A stretch of DNA of 25,409 nt from the IMG/VR virus record IMGVR_UViG_3300037863_000300, positions 1 to 25,409 of that record. One strand, written 5' to 3'. Position 1 is the first letter of the stretch. Each line of letters opens with the position of its first letter. Of the stretch, positions 16,187 to 24,566 are shown in pieces. This stretch comes from a virus. Its lineage: Duplodnaviria; Caudoviricetes. The translations under genes were made by a program, and so were the position numbers. The notes beneath the pieces are model-generated. The model did no database searches. It saw only the letters and a list, made by a program, of their open reading frames with translations, and was not told where the DNA came from.

Positions 16187-18436
16187 ATGGGCAAAAAGAC
16201 CCTCATCAACGCACACTGTTTGCTGGAACTGATTGAAAACGCACCGACCTCGGTCATCAAGACCTTCTGTGCTGTTGCCGAGTGCCAAGCTATCGAGCGC
16301 GGCTTTGACTGGTCGCAACATGATTCTGCGATTCATCCCGCACTACTGGAACACGTCAAGCACCTGCGCAAGGAGCAGCGCGACCCTGCCGAGCGTGAGG
16401 CGCTTCGAATTCTTCGGCTCGCATCACCTCGCGGATCGACCATCCTAGCCGCCGTGGCCGACCAATTGAACGACGCCGACTTGATTGCCGTGTTCACGGC
16501 GCAGGACGGTGGGGAAATCGGTCGCTCGGTCTGGATGCGTACCCATTCGGATGACGCGGCACGGCTGTTCGATGTGGCCGAGTCGATACTCAATACTGGC
16601 GACATCCGAGGAAACAAGCGCCTGTACGACGCCTTCGACATCCCGTGCGATGAAGCACCCCCGTTCCTCTGGAATGACTCGGTCAAAAAGGAACTGGAAT
16701 CGCAACTGACCCGCGTCATGCGTCTCGGTGAACCGTGCGAGGTGGTCTACGTGCCGCTCGAAAGTACAAGCAAAAACGGCGACACAAAGACTACGCATTA
16801 CTTGGTCGTACGTTTCGCTGGCGATCAGGTGTCGGCCGTGCAAGTGGTCAACCGCAACCGACGCGCCTTCTGCTACTTCCCCGCACGTGACGCAACGCTA
16901 ATTTACTCGCCGGATCGCAAGGTGGTCGAGGTTTATGCGCACACACTGTCCACCAGGGCTCCGCTGGCGAACGTGTTGTCCAAGTACGGCTTCAAGATGC
17001 CGCTGTCCAACCGCCCACTGAACCGTTCGCGCTACGACCTGTCTCGCTTCGCCCAGCCGTTGAAAGATGAAAAGCCGCGCCTTGAAGGAGCCAAGGTTGA
17101 GCGCCTCTACTTGACCGAAGCCAAGGCCTTGCTCGGTCATTCCACCGACGCGGTGTCCCTCCACATCGATAGCGGCATCGATCTGCACGATGTCATCAGT
17201 GGGCGCTGGGGCGACCACCCGTTCTCTCAGACTGGGGCCATTCTGGGCGTAACGCTAATGGCCAATCTTCTGTTCGATGGCGACACCACGGAAACGCCAC
17301 TGACCATCGCACTGGCTGAACCGGGACGATGCAGCTTGCAAGGTGAAAAAGACCAACGGCTGAAACAAGCTGGAACGCAGTTGCTGGAGTCGCTGGGCGT
17401 TCTCAAACCCCTGCACCCGGGCTCCGGTGTAGACGATCCGAATCTGGTCATGCAAGTAGCCAAGCTGCTCGAATGCGCCACCAGTCCAATGGATGGCTTC
17501 GCCCTGGCGCAGCTGGGAATTGACATCGACCGCTTTGAGGATGAAGGCATCATCACCGAGGGCGACCGGATCACCGAAAAGGTTGTCGATCTCGCTGACG
17601 GTGAACGCTTCTGCGTGACGCTAGAACGATGTGCAGATGGCAATCAGGTGCGCTACTCTGACCCTTTGACTGGGAACGACGTGATGCTGCCCGCCAAGCA
17701 TGCGCGACGCTGGAAAGTCGATCTGGCTTGGCTTCGCGAGGAGATCATCACGGCACTGGGCAGTGCGTTGCAGGGAGTGCGTGTCAGGCACCTCGACGAT
17801 GAACCGGTGTTTCTCGGGGAACTCGATATCGATGGGTATCCGGCAGCACTGTACTTTGCGGCCAAGATGTCTAACGAGCGCCAGTACGCCAGGGTCGATG
17901 CAGCCCTGCGCCTGAAACCGCGTGCCATCCCCGGAATCGTGCTGACGACGGCGTCGATTCCGTTCCCGTTTGCCGGTACGAACGTGGTGATCCCTGTCGA
18001 GGAAGTGCTGGCTTTGGGTCAGTCTGCCACGGCCATCGATACTGCGCGACTCAAGGTTGCGTATCGACACGGCCAGCAGGCTGCAATGGGTGGTACCGCA
18101 ATCAACCTCAAAGTATCACAGGATGGAAACGCAGCAGTGCTCCACATCCCCGGAAAAGCCCCATGGCAAGTCACCAGCAAAGGGAAGATTGCGGTGCTGC
18201 AACGGCTCGTGACTGCTTATGCAGACGGCACACCACACGTCAACACCAAAGTGCTGATGGGCGGCACCAGCTGTGCTTCACCGGCCAACTTGTTCTCCAA
18301 AACGTCACCGTGGCGCAATTACCTTGTGAAAGTCAAGGGCGCCCACGCCTGGCAGTTGAACTTGCCATTGCTTGACGAACTCGTTGACGATGATGAGAGC
18401 GAAATCGAGATCGTTGAAGAAGTGTTGACCGACTAA
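16187..18436 (+). CDS. Large uncharacterised protein (749 aa), possible C-terminal winged HTH
   Basis: Long ORF co-oriented 31 nt after the PIN gene. No recognisable NTPase or nuclease motif. The last ~90 aa resemble an OmpR-type wing, followed by an acidic tail. Confidence 0.85.
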   Translation: MGKKTLINAHCLLELIENAPTSVIKTFCAVAECQAIERGFDWSQHDSAIHPALLEHVKHLRKEQRDPAEREALRILRLASPRGSTILAAVADQLNDADLIAVFTAQDGGEIGRSVWMRTHSDDAARLFDVAESILNTGDIRGNKRLYDAFDIPCDEAPPFLWNDSVKKELESQLTRVMRLGEPCEVVYVPLESTSKNGDTKTTHYLVVRFAGDQVSAVQVVNRNRRAFCYFPARDATLIYSPDRKVVEVYAHTLSTRAPLANVLSKYGFKMPLSNRPLNRSRYDLSRFAQPLKDEKPRLEGAKVERLYLTEAKALLGHSTDAVSLHIDSGIDLHDVISGRWGDHPFSQTGAILGVTLMANLLFDGDTTETPLTIALAEPGRCSLQGEKDQRLKQAGTQLLESLGVLKPLHPGSGVDDPNLVMQVAKLLECATSPMDGFALAQLGIDIDRFEDEGIITEGDRITEKVVDLADGERFCVTLERCADGNQVRYSDPLTGNDVMLPAKHARRWKVDLAWLREEIITALGSALQGVRVRHLDDEPVFLGELDIDGYPAALYFAAKMSNERQYARVDAALRLKPRAIPGIVLTTASIPFPFAGTNVVIPVEEVLALGQSATAIDTARLKVAYRHGQQAAMGGTAINLKVSQDGNAAVLHIPGKAPWQVTSKGKIAVLQRLVTAYADGTPHVNTKVLMGGTSCASPANLFSKTSPWRNYLVKVKGAHAWQLNLPLLDELVDDDESEIEIVEEVLTD

Positions 18437-18523
18437 AGTCAATCGTTCCATTGCCCTGCGTTGCCATCCTGTTCGGAAGAATAAGGACATCATTGATGAC
18501 TGTTTCCATTCCACGACGCAGTC

Positions 18524-18715
18524 ATGAAAACCATCGAACTTACTCCTCCGTCAGCAATGTCGCCCGCCGCGCGCGCTGCCGACATCACATCAATCCTGGC
18601 AGCAGCGATTACCCGTTGCTATCTCGCCAATGCCGAGAAAGAAAGACCAATTGACCTTGGCTTTGTGCCCGGGCAGAGCGTTCATACAACCCCGTATCAA
18701 CCAACGAGGTTCTGA
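18524..18715 (+). CDS. Small hypothetical protein preceding DUF2924
   Basis: 63 aa with a TGATG overlap to the next gene. RBS is weak and the ORF contains the bipartite motif, so it may not be translated. Confidence 0.45.
   Translation: MKTIELTPPSAMSPAARAADITSILAAAITRCYLANAEKERPIDLGFVPGQSVHTTPYQPTRF
18656..18686 (+). promoter_or_regulatory. Bipartite motif, copy 2 (CTTGGCTTT-N9-CAGAGCGTTCATA)
   Basis: Identical to 2251-2281 outside the spacer. Ends 28 nt upstream of the DUF2924 ATG. Confidence 0.65.
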
Positions 18716-19170
18716 TGAACGACACCAAAAATTCTGTGGCCGCGCAAGTAGTCGCCCTGTCCACTTTGCCAATTGCCGACCTGTGGGCATTGTGGGATCA
18801 GCATTACCCACGGCGACCAGAAAACCCGAACCGCAGCTACTTGCAGTCCCGAGTGGCGTACAAGCTGCAAGAAGCGGCCTTTGGCGGCCTCTCGCCTGAC
18901 ACCCAGCGCCAGCTGGTCAACATCGGCATCCGCCACTCGAAGATCAAAAGTCGCCAAAAATCACGCGAAATCCATCTCGCACCCGGAACCGTGCTGGTAC
19001 GCGAGTGGGGTGAACGGGACCACAAGGTCACGGTCACTGCCCAGGGCACCTTCGATTACGAAGGCAAGTCCTTCAAAAGTCTGTCATCGGTAGCGCGCCA
19101 GATCTCCGGCACCCGCTGGTCGGGACCATTGTTCTTTGGCCTTCGTGGCACGGCGAAGGATTCAAAATGA
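18715..19170 (+). CDS. DUF2924-family protein
   Basis: 'L..LW...Y...RVAYKLQEAAFGGL...PGTVLVREWG...YEGKSFKSLSSVARQISGTRWSGPLFFGL'. Confidence 0.9.
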   Translation: MNDTKNSVAAQVVALSTLPIADLWALWDQHYPRRPENPNRSYLQSRVAYKLQEAAFGGLSPDTQRQLVNIGIRHSKIKSRQKSREIHLAPGTVLVREWGERDHKVTVTAQGTFDYEGKSFKSLSSVARQISGTRWSGPLFFGLRGTAKDSK

Positions 19171-20558
19171 GCACGGTCAGCACGACAAACACAATTGCCC
19201 AGACCAAACCGCGCAAACGCTGCGCGGTCTACTGCCGGGTTTCCTCTGACGAACTGCTTCAGCAAGAATTTAACTCCATCGATGCCCAGAAGGAATCTGG
19301 CCATGCGTACGTTGCGAGCCAGCGCTCGGAGGGCTGGATTCCGGTGGCCGACGATTACGACGACCCAGGGTTTTCTGGTGGCAATACCGAGCGACCAGGA
19401 CTCAAGCGGCTAATGGCGGACATCGAGCGCGGCCTGGTCGACATCGTGGTGGTCTACAAGATTGACCGACTCACTCGCAGCCTGGCGGATTTCTCCAAAA
19501 TGGTGGAAGTGTTCGAACGCCAGGGCGTGTCCTTTGTTTCCGTCACCCAGCAGTTCAACACCACCACGTCGATGGGGCGCTTGATGCTCAACGTCCTCCT
19601 GTCATTTGCCCAGTTTGAACGCGAAGTGACGGGCGAGCGCATTCGCGACAAAATTGCAGCCAGCAAACGCAAGGGACTGTGGATGGGCGGTGTGCCGCCA
19701 CTGGGCTACGACGTCCAAAACCGCCTGCTGGTCATCAACGAGATTGAAGCTGCGGTTGTGCGACGCATCTTTGCCGACATGCTGACGGTGGGATCCCCCA
19801 CCAAGATTGGTCGCACCCTGTCGCTGGAGGGCATCACCACCAAGGCCTGGACGACGCAGGACGGTCAAACGCGTGTTGGCGCGCAGATCGACAAGAAGTA
19901 TCTGCACAAGTTGCTGCGCAACCGCATCTATTTGGGTGAGCTGTCGCACAAGGGCAGCTGGTTTCCTGGCGCTCACCCCGCCATCCTTGACCATGGGCTG
20001 TGGGGACAGGTTCACGAGGTACTGGCCAAGGATCCCCATGCCAGGGCGGGCGCGACTCAAATACGGTCCCGTACCGACTCCCTGTTGCGGGGCTTGCTCT
20101 TTGCGCCCAGCGGGGATCCGATGTACGCGACCTACACGCGCAAAAATGGGCGCAAGTACCACTACTACATGTCCAAGTCGGAATCGCGCTTCGGTGCCCT
20201 GGGCAAAACCTCCGAGCGCATGCCCGCGGCCGAGGTTGAAGCCGCCACGGTGGCACAAATCAAGACCGTGCTGTCCAGTCCTGAATCCATCGCGGCGGTG
20301 TGCAGGCAGGTTCAAAACGCTGGCTCACAGGTGGACGAGGCAACTACCGTCATGGCCATGGTCAAGCTGGGTGATGTCTGGGAGCAGCTGTTCCCCACTG
20401 AGCGCCACCGGATCGTCAACCTGATGATCGAACGTATTGATCTGGTCAGCGGTGGTTTGAAGGTGAAATGGCGTGCGCTGGGATGGAAGGCGCTGATTGG
20501 GGAATTCACACCGCAGAGCATTGGTGCCGAACTGGTTGAGACGGAGGCAACAGCATGA
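19167..20558 (+). CDS. Large serine recombinase (integrase)
   Basis: 'CAVYCRVSS' with the catalytic Ser, 'DPGFSGGNTERPGLKRL', 'VYKIDRLTRS', 'FAQFERE...ERI', 'PPLGY', recombinase domain 'LLRNRIYLG'. Confidence 0.95.
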   Translation: MSTVSTTNTIAQTKPRKRCAVYCRVSSDELLQQEFNSIDAQKESGHAYVASQRSEGWIPVADDYDDPGFSGGNTERPGLKRLMADIERGLVDIVVVYKIDRLTRSLADFSKMVEVFERQGVSFVSVTQQFNTTTSMGRLMLNVLLSFAQFEREVTGERIRDKIAASKRKGLWMGGVPPLGYDVQNRLLVINEIEAAVVRRIFADMLTVGSPTKIGRTLSLEGITTKAWTTQDGQTRVGAQIDKKYLHKLLRNRIYLGELSHKGSWFPGAHPAILDHGLWGQVHEVLAKDPHARAGATQIRSRTDSLLRGLLFAPSGDPMYATYTRKNGRKYHYYMSKSESRFGALGKTSERMPAAEVEAATVAQIKTVLSSPESIAAVCRQVQNAGSQVDEATTVMAMVKLGDVWEQLFPTERHRIVNLMIERIDLVSGGLKVKWRALGWKALIGEFTPQSIGAELVETEATA

Positions 20559-20917
20559 ACGACGCTCTGGAGTCCTTTGTGCCAATGACTCTGGCCAGGC
20601 GGGGAGTGCAGCAATTGGCCACCACCGGTGCGCCCGCATTTGATGCCACCCTTCTCCAAGGCCTGGGTCGAGCTTTTTATTGGAAGCACCTGCTTGACAG
20701 CGGCATTGCAAAAAGCGGATCCGACATCGCTCGCCAGGAAGGTCTGCACCATTCGTGCATCAACGAACTCATGCGGCTCACGTTGCTGGCGCCGGACATC
20801 GTTGCCCAACTGATGGCTGGGCGCCAGCCACGGCGGCTGACGCTGATGTGGTTACAGCGCAACCCGCTGCCAGTGGTCTGGCAGGCCCAGCGCGACATCA
20901 TCGCGAGTTTTGAATAA
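20555..20917 (+). CDS. Recombinase-associated accessory protein A (HTH-like)
   Basis: 'LGRAFYWKHLLDSG...DIARQEG...MRLTLLAPDIV...P..WQAQ'. ATGA-coupled to the recombinase. Confidence 0.8.
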   Translation: MNDALESFVPMTLARRGVQQLATTGAPAFDATLLQGLGRAFYWKHLLDSGIAKSGSDIARQEGLHHSCINELMRLTLLAPDIVAQLMAGRQPRRLTLMWLQRNPLPVVWQAQRDIIASFE

Positions 20918-20926
20918 GGGGGAAAC

Positions 20927-21403
20927 ATGGCAAAGAAGCACACCGGTCTACTGACTGGCGCACCCGTAACTTATCAAGCACCGAGCCCGGCGGGTGGCGT
21001 GCAAATGGAAACGTTCATTCCCTGGACGCTGGTCAAACGCGGAGTGCGGCGGCAAGTCATCACGCCAATTGATGCGCCGCAGGAGTTTGTGGTCGAAGCG
21101 GCGTTGGAGAAACGGGAACGCAAGACCAATCAGGACAGCCCATTGCTTCGGGCGTTGGGGTCGGCGCACTACTGGCAGCGGCTGCTCGATGACGGAAAGG
21201 TTCAAACCATTAGCGACATCGCCCGCTTGGAAGAGATGGACGTCACACAAGTGCGGCGCTTGCTCCGCCTCACGTTACTGGCTCCCGGATTACTGGAAAC
21301 GATTGTGGCCAGAGCTGAATTGACTTCGATCAATCTGGAATTCGTTTTGCGCCGGTCAATGCCGGATGACTGGCACGCGCAGAAAGTGCTGCTGGCAGCG
21401 TAA
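20927..21403 (+). CDS. Recombinase-associated accessory protein B (paralog of A)
   Basis: 'LGSAHYWQRLLDDG...DIARLEE...LRLTLLAPGLL...P..WHAQ'. AAGGGGG RBS. Confidence 0.8.
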   Translation: MAKKHTGLLTGAPVTYQAPSPAGGVQMETFIPWTLVKRGVRRQVITPIDAPQEFVVEAALEKRERKTNQDSPLLRALGSAHYWQRLLDDGKVQTISDIARLEEMDVTQVRRLLRLTLLAPGLLETIVARAELTSINLEFVLRRSMPDDWHAQKVLLAA

Positions 21404-21442
21404 CGCTGATTCAAGCTCGCCATCGGTTTTTGGCTTTGGTGA

Positions 21443-21790
21443 TCACAGCACGCTGTTTCCCACGTAGTCTGTGCTGGCTTCCAGCACGCTCGGGTAGTGC
21501 AGGCGCAGTTGCTCACCGTCATCGCTGACTTCGATGCGATGGCTCTTTGCGCTGAACTCGGTGGCCAGTCGGGCTTGGAAATGTGGCGCCACGACACCGT
21601 GGGCGTGATCGCGCACGAAGGACTTCAACTCGTCGCTGAACTTCTTGAGTCGGCTGTTTGACAGACCCGCTGCGAATGGGTCAAAGCTGCTGTCCAGTCC
21701 GCGATAGTCGAGCGTGATGTCCACGCCCTCGGAGAACCGCGCGATGGCCCCGAACACCTTGGACAACGAGGTACCGCCCTTGAACGCCAT
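21443..21790 (-). pseudogene. Internal fragment of an AbiEii nucleotidyltransferase toxin
   Basis: 'FKGGTSLSKVFGAIARFSEGVDI' (family RFSEDID; first Asp replaced by Gly). Only 115 aa, with both ends and the AbiEi partner absent. Confidence 0.8.
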
Positions 21791-21959
21791 CGGCAGACGG
21801 TCGGTCTGGGAATAGCGATCGCAGGGCCTGACTTGGCAGAGCTAGCCAGTGCGAAATCGCTCGTCGTTTCCCAATGAAAACGACCGGTTCAATGCAAACA
21901 ATTTCATCGATTTACGGACGGCGTTTCAATTGTTTTTCACGGATTTGAACTCGCCTTCG

Positions 21960-23321
21960 TCAATGTCCATGTAGCGCCTTCCAAGCTGCATACTCTGAGG
22001 GTCGCAAACCATAGCGCGCCAGAACACCCTCATGCAGGCGCCGGAGTTCTTCGACGAGCAGTGCCTGCACGTAGGGTTGCTCGTGCTCAGGAATACGCTG
22101 CGCCACGGATCTCTGAATGCCAGAGAGTGGGTCAAGTTCCGGTTGCGTTATGACATCACGGATAGTCTGCTTGATGAAGTCACGCCAGGCTAAGCGAAGG
22201 GGATCGGGCTCCGCCAAGTCTTGCTTGATGGCCTGATATTCCTGCGTCGAGCGTTCGTAGGCCCATACGTACAGGTCGCGCAGCAGCTCGACCCGGGTCA
22301 TTTCGTACACGCCGAGTGTGGCGCGACTGTAGGCCTGCTCCGGTACGTCCAGAAAAGTCAGCGGACATAAATTGGCGCGGAACAGCGGCAAATTCGCGGC
22401 CAATCGGGAGGTCCGTTTATTGATGTCCGCAAAAGGCTGTAAGTAAGGCAAGTGCACCATCATGAAGAAGGACTGCTCGAACGGGTCTCGAATCTGATTG
22501 GCCTTGCTGAGCAGTGCATCCAGCGCGTCTTCGATTTGCTGTGGTGCGGACAGGGGGCGATAGACGCTTTTGCCGATATCGACGGCGTGCCGACGAATTC
22601 GCCCTTCATCGGCTGGGTTGGGCAGCAAGTTTTCCGCAAGGGCGCTGTGCAAGTTCATCAAGGTGTAGCGGTTGAACTCGGCGCTGTCGATGTTTTCGAC
22701 CAGCAACTCAATCGCCGTCCGGTGGTTCAGAATCATTTGTGTTTCGATAGCCGCCTTGCCCCGTGCGGCCTTGCCGTGCTCGATGAGTTCACGCGTGTCG
22801 AGCCGGGAATACGTGTTGCCTTCTAGGTGGCTCGATGCCCATGACAGGTCGATCAGCAAGCGATTCAAAATGGCGCGGCTGTAAGTGCCAGCAGGTGCAT
22901 CAACGTCAGGCGTCCTACCCATCTTGTGCAATTGACGGCGCAGCGACTCGGAAAAATACCAGGTCTCATTAGGGCGGTAGGCATCCAGAAAATCACGCTG
23001 GTAGCCCACGGGCTTGCGAGCTTCTGGCGGCTGGTCGATGTACAGAAGAATGTCCTGGCTGTCCGCAGACAGGGGGATAAAGCTGGGGAAAATATCGACT
23101 TTGGCGGCTAATGTGACTGTGCCAGATTGGACATCGACAGAAAAATAGCGTCTGGCTCTGCCTTCACCGAGCGCTTTGACTTGGCCGCTCTGAACCAGCT
23201 TTGCGATCAGGCGCTGTGTCGTTCGCCTGGCAATGTCAGGGTTCCCAGTCAGGAGCTCGGCAAGCGTTAATCCGCTCTGGGATGCCTGAATGCTGCTCAG
23301 TAAGTCAGTGGTAGAAGACAT
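21960..23321 (-). CDS. Fic-domain protein with N-terminal winged HTH and non-canonical active site
   Basis: N-terminal 'IARRTTQRLIAKLVQSG...GEGRARRY', inhibitory-type SSHLEG, Fic loop 'YLQPFADINKRTSR'. Confidence 0.88.
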   Translation of the reverse strand: MSSTTDLLSSIQASQSGLTLAELLTGNPDIARRTTQRLIAKLVQSGQVKALGEGRARRYFSVDVQSGTVTLAAKVDIFPSFIPLSADSQDILLYIDQPPEARKPVGYQRDFLDAYRPNETWYFSESLRRQLHKMGRTPDVDAPAGTYSRAILNRLLIDLSWASSHLEGNTYSRLDTRELIEHGKAARGKAAIETQMILNHRTAIELLVENIDSAEFNRYTLMNLHSALAENLLPNPADEGRIRRHAVDIGKSVYRPLSAPQQIEDALDALLSKANQIRDPFEQSFFMMVHLPYLQPFADINKRTSRLAANLPLFRANLCPLTFLDVPEQAYSRATLGVYEMTRVELLRDLYVWAYERSTQEYQAIKQDLAEPDPLRLAWRDFIKQTIRDVITQPELDPLSGIQRSVAQRIPEHEQPYVQALLVEELRRLHEGVLARYGLRPSEYAAWKALHGH

Positions 23322-23329
23322 GATGTTGT

Positions 23330-23428
23330 TGGCGCAGTTTGAGATTTGGAATGGCGCAATTTTGGCGCAGTTTACCTAACTGCGCCAGTTTTGACAAAAA
23401 ATGGCGCAGTTCCTAGTGATTTGCGCCT
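23330..23428. repeat. Six TGGCGCA(G/A)TT-like repeats upstream of the Fic gene
   Basis: Direct copies at 23330, 23352, 23363 and 23402. Inverted copies at 23378 and 23419 (degenerate). 23363-23387 is a perfect palindrome with 10-bp arms. Confidence 0.8.
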
Positions 23429-23482
23429 CCGGCGGCAAATGCGGGGCTAACGGTTCGCGACCGAACCCAACAACACACCCAT

Positions 23483-24280
23483 GGTTCTGTCGCGTTAATT
23501 GCGAGAGGACAAGGTTTTCCCGTTGGACGCTTCACCATCCTTATGCAGGGCGGATTTGCCCTGCCAGCGCGTAAAACTGGTTTGCAAAAGACATCCCTTC
23601 GCAACCTGGCATGGCCATCTGGCCTTTGCGAATCATGTGCATCAATTCAATGCCGGCCAGCACATTTGCAGCCGCTCGAAATGACTTGAATCCGAGCATG
23701 GGTCGGGTGTTTCGTTTGACTGCCCGGTGGTCTTGCTCGACGATGTTATTGAGGTATTTGATCTGGCGAACTTCGACCACAATGTCTTTGTCTTTGACGA
23801 TCTGATCGATGGCCAATTTGTTGGCGCCGCTTTTGTCCATCGTGACTTTCTCAGGGATGCCATTGGTCTTCATGGCCTTCTCGAAAAAGCGCATCGCGGC
23901 CTTCTTGTCTCGCTTGGCCGTCAGCAAAAAGTTGATCGTCTTGCCGGCCTTGTCGACTGCGCGGTAAAGGTATTTCCAAACGCCTTGACCAATATGTAGG
24001 TCTCGTCCATGCGCCAACTCTCACCCACTGTGCGCTTGTGTTTACGGAACACTTTTTCCAGCAGCGGCAGGAGACGAATCGCCCACCGGTTGATGGTTGA
24101 ATGGTCGACCTGAACACCACGTTCCTCCATCATTTCTTCCAAATGGCGGTAGCTCAACGGATAGGCCGCATACCAGCGAATGCACACCAAGATCACATCG
24201 ATTGGGAAACGCATTCCTTTGGTATTGAGCATGGCAGGTCTACACAATCAGTGGACAGCCGACACCTAGTCGCCTCTGCT
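23483..24280 (-). mobile_element. IS6-family insertion sequence, defective
   Basis: IS6-type terminal repeat GGTTCTGTCGCG at 23483. No matching repeat is visible upstream of the transposase, so the right coordinate is approximate. Confidence 0.8.
23541..24232 (-). pseudogene. IS6-family DDE transposase with a 1-bp frameshift
   Basis: 'FPIDVILVCIRWY...LSYRHLEEMM.ERGV.VDHSTINRW...WRMDETY' continues in another frame as 'GVWKYLYRAVD...YLNNIVEQDHR'. One G is missing at about 23983. Confidence 0.92.
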
Positions 24281-24473
24281 TAGGAGTTTTCATTTGCAAA
24301 CTTGGCCCACGTAAGTTGTTGATTTATATACAAACATGGTCGCGAACGCTCGCGAGCACTCGGATGAGAAACAGAGAACAGAGAGAGAAAATGACCGGAA
24401 ATGCCACCCAAAAAGGGGGGTGTGGCAGGTGGACGCTCGCGAGGGAAAGTGCCGTTTCACTGGGGGAATAGGC

Positions 24474-24506
24474 AAAAAAAATCCCAACCGATAAGAGTTG
24501 GGATTT
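24474..24506 (-). terminator. Intrinsic terminator
   Basis: Perfect 10-bp stem AAATCCCAAC/GTTGGGATTT with an 8-nt loop, running into a T-tract on the minus strand. Confidence 0.7.
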
Positions 24507-24566
24507 CAATATATGGTGGCAATTTCGAATATGAATTAACGTCCGTAAACAGCCCCTTGGGCCGCA

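Larger units (their letters stand above)
703..24540. mobile_element. Serine-recombinase integrative element (defective prophage or phage satellite)
   Basis: Co-linear phage replication, recombination and packaging-initiation genes on the minus strand, plus a DUF2924-serine recombinase module. No virion genes. Boundaries are approximate: left is the TerS break, right is the att-like region. Confidence 0.75.

Noticed and set aside
19602-20315. 237-aa minus-strand ORF and 205-aa alternative-frame ORF inside the recombinase
   Set aside because: Fully overlap the recombinase and show no recognisable features.
24505-24545. tRNA gene
   Set aside because: Only a CCACCA end and a TTCGAA are present, with the wrong spacing for a T-arm and no cloverleaf. 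Kept only as an att-like relic.
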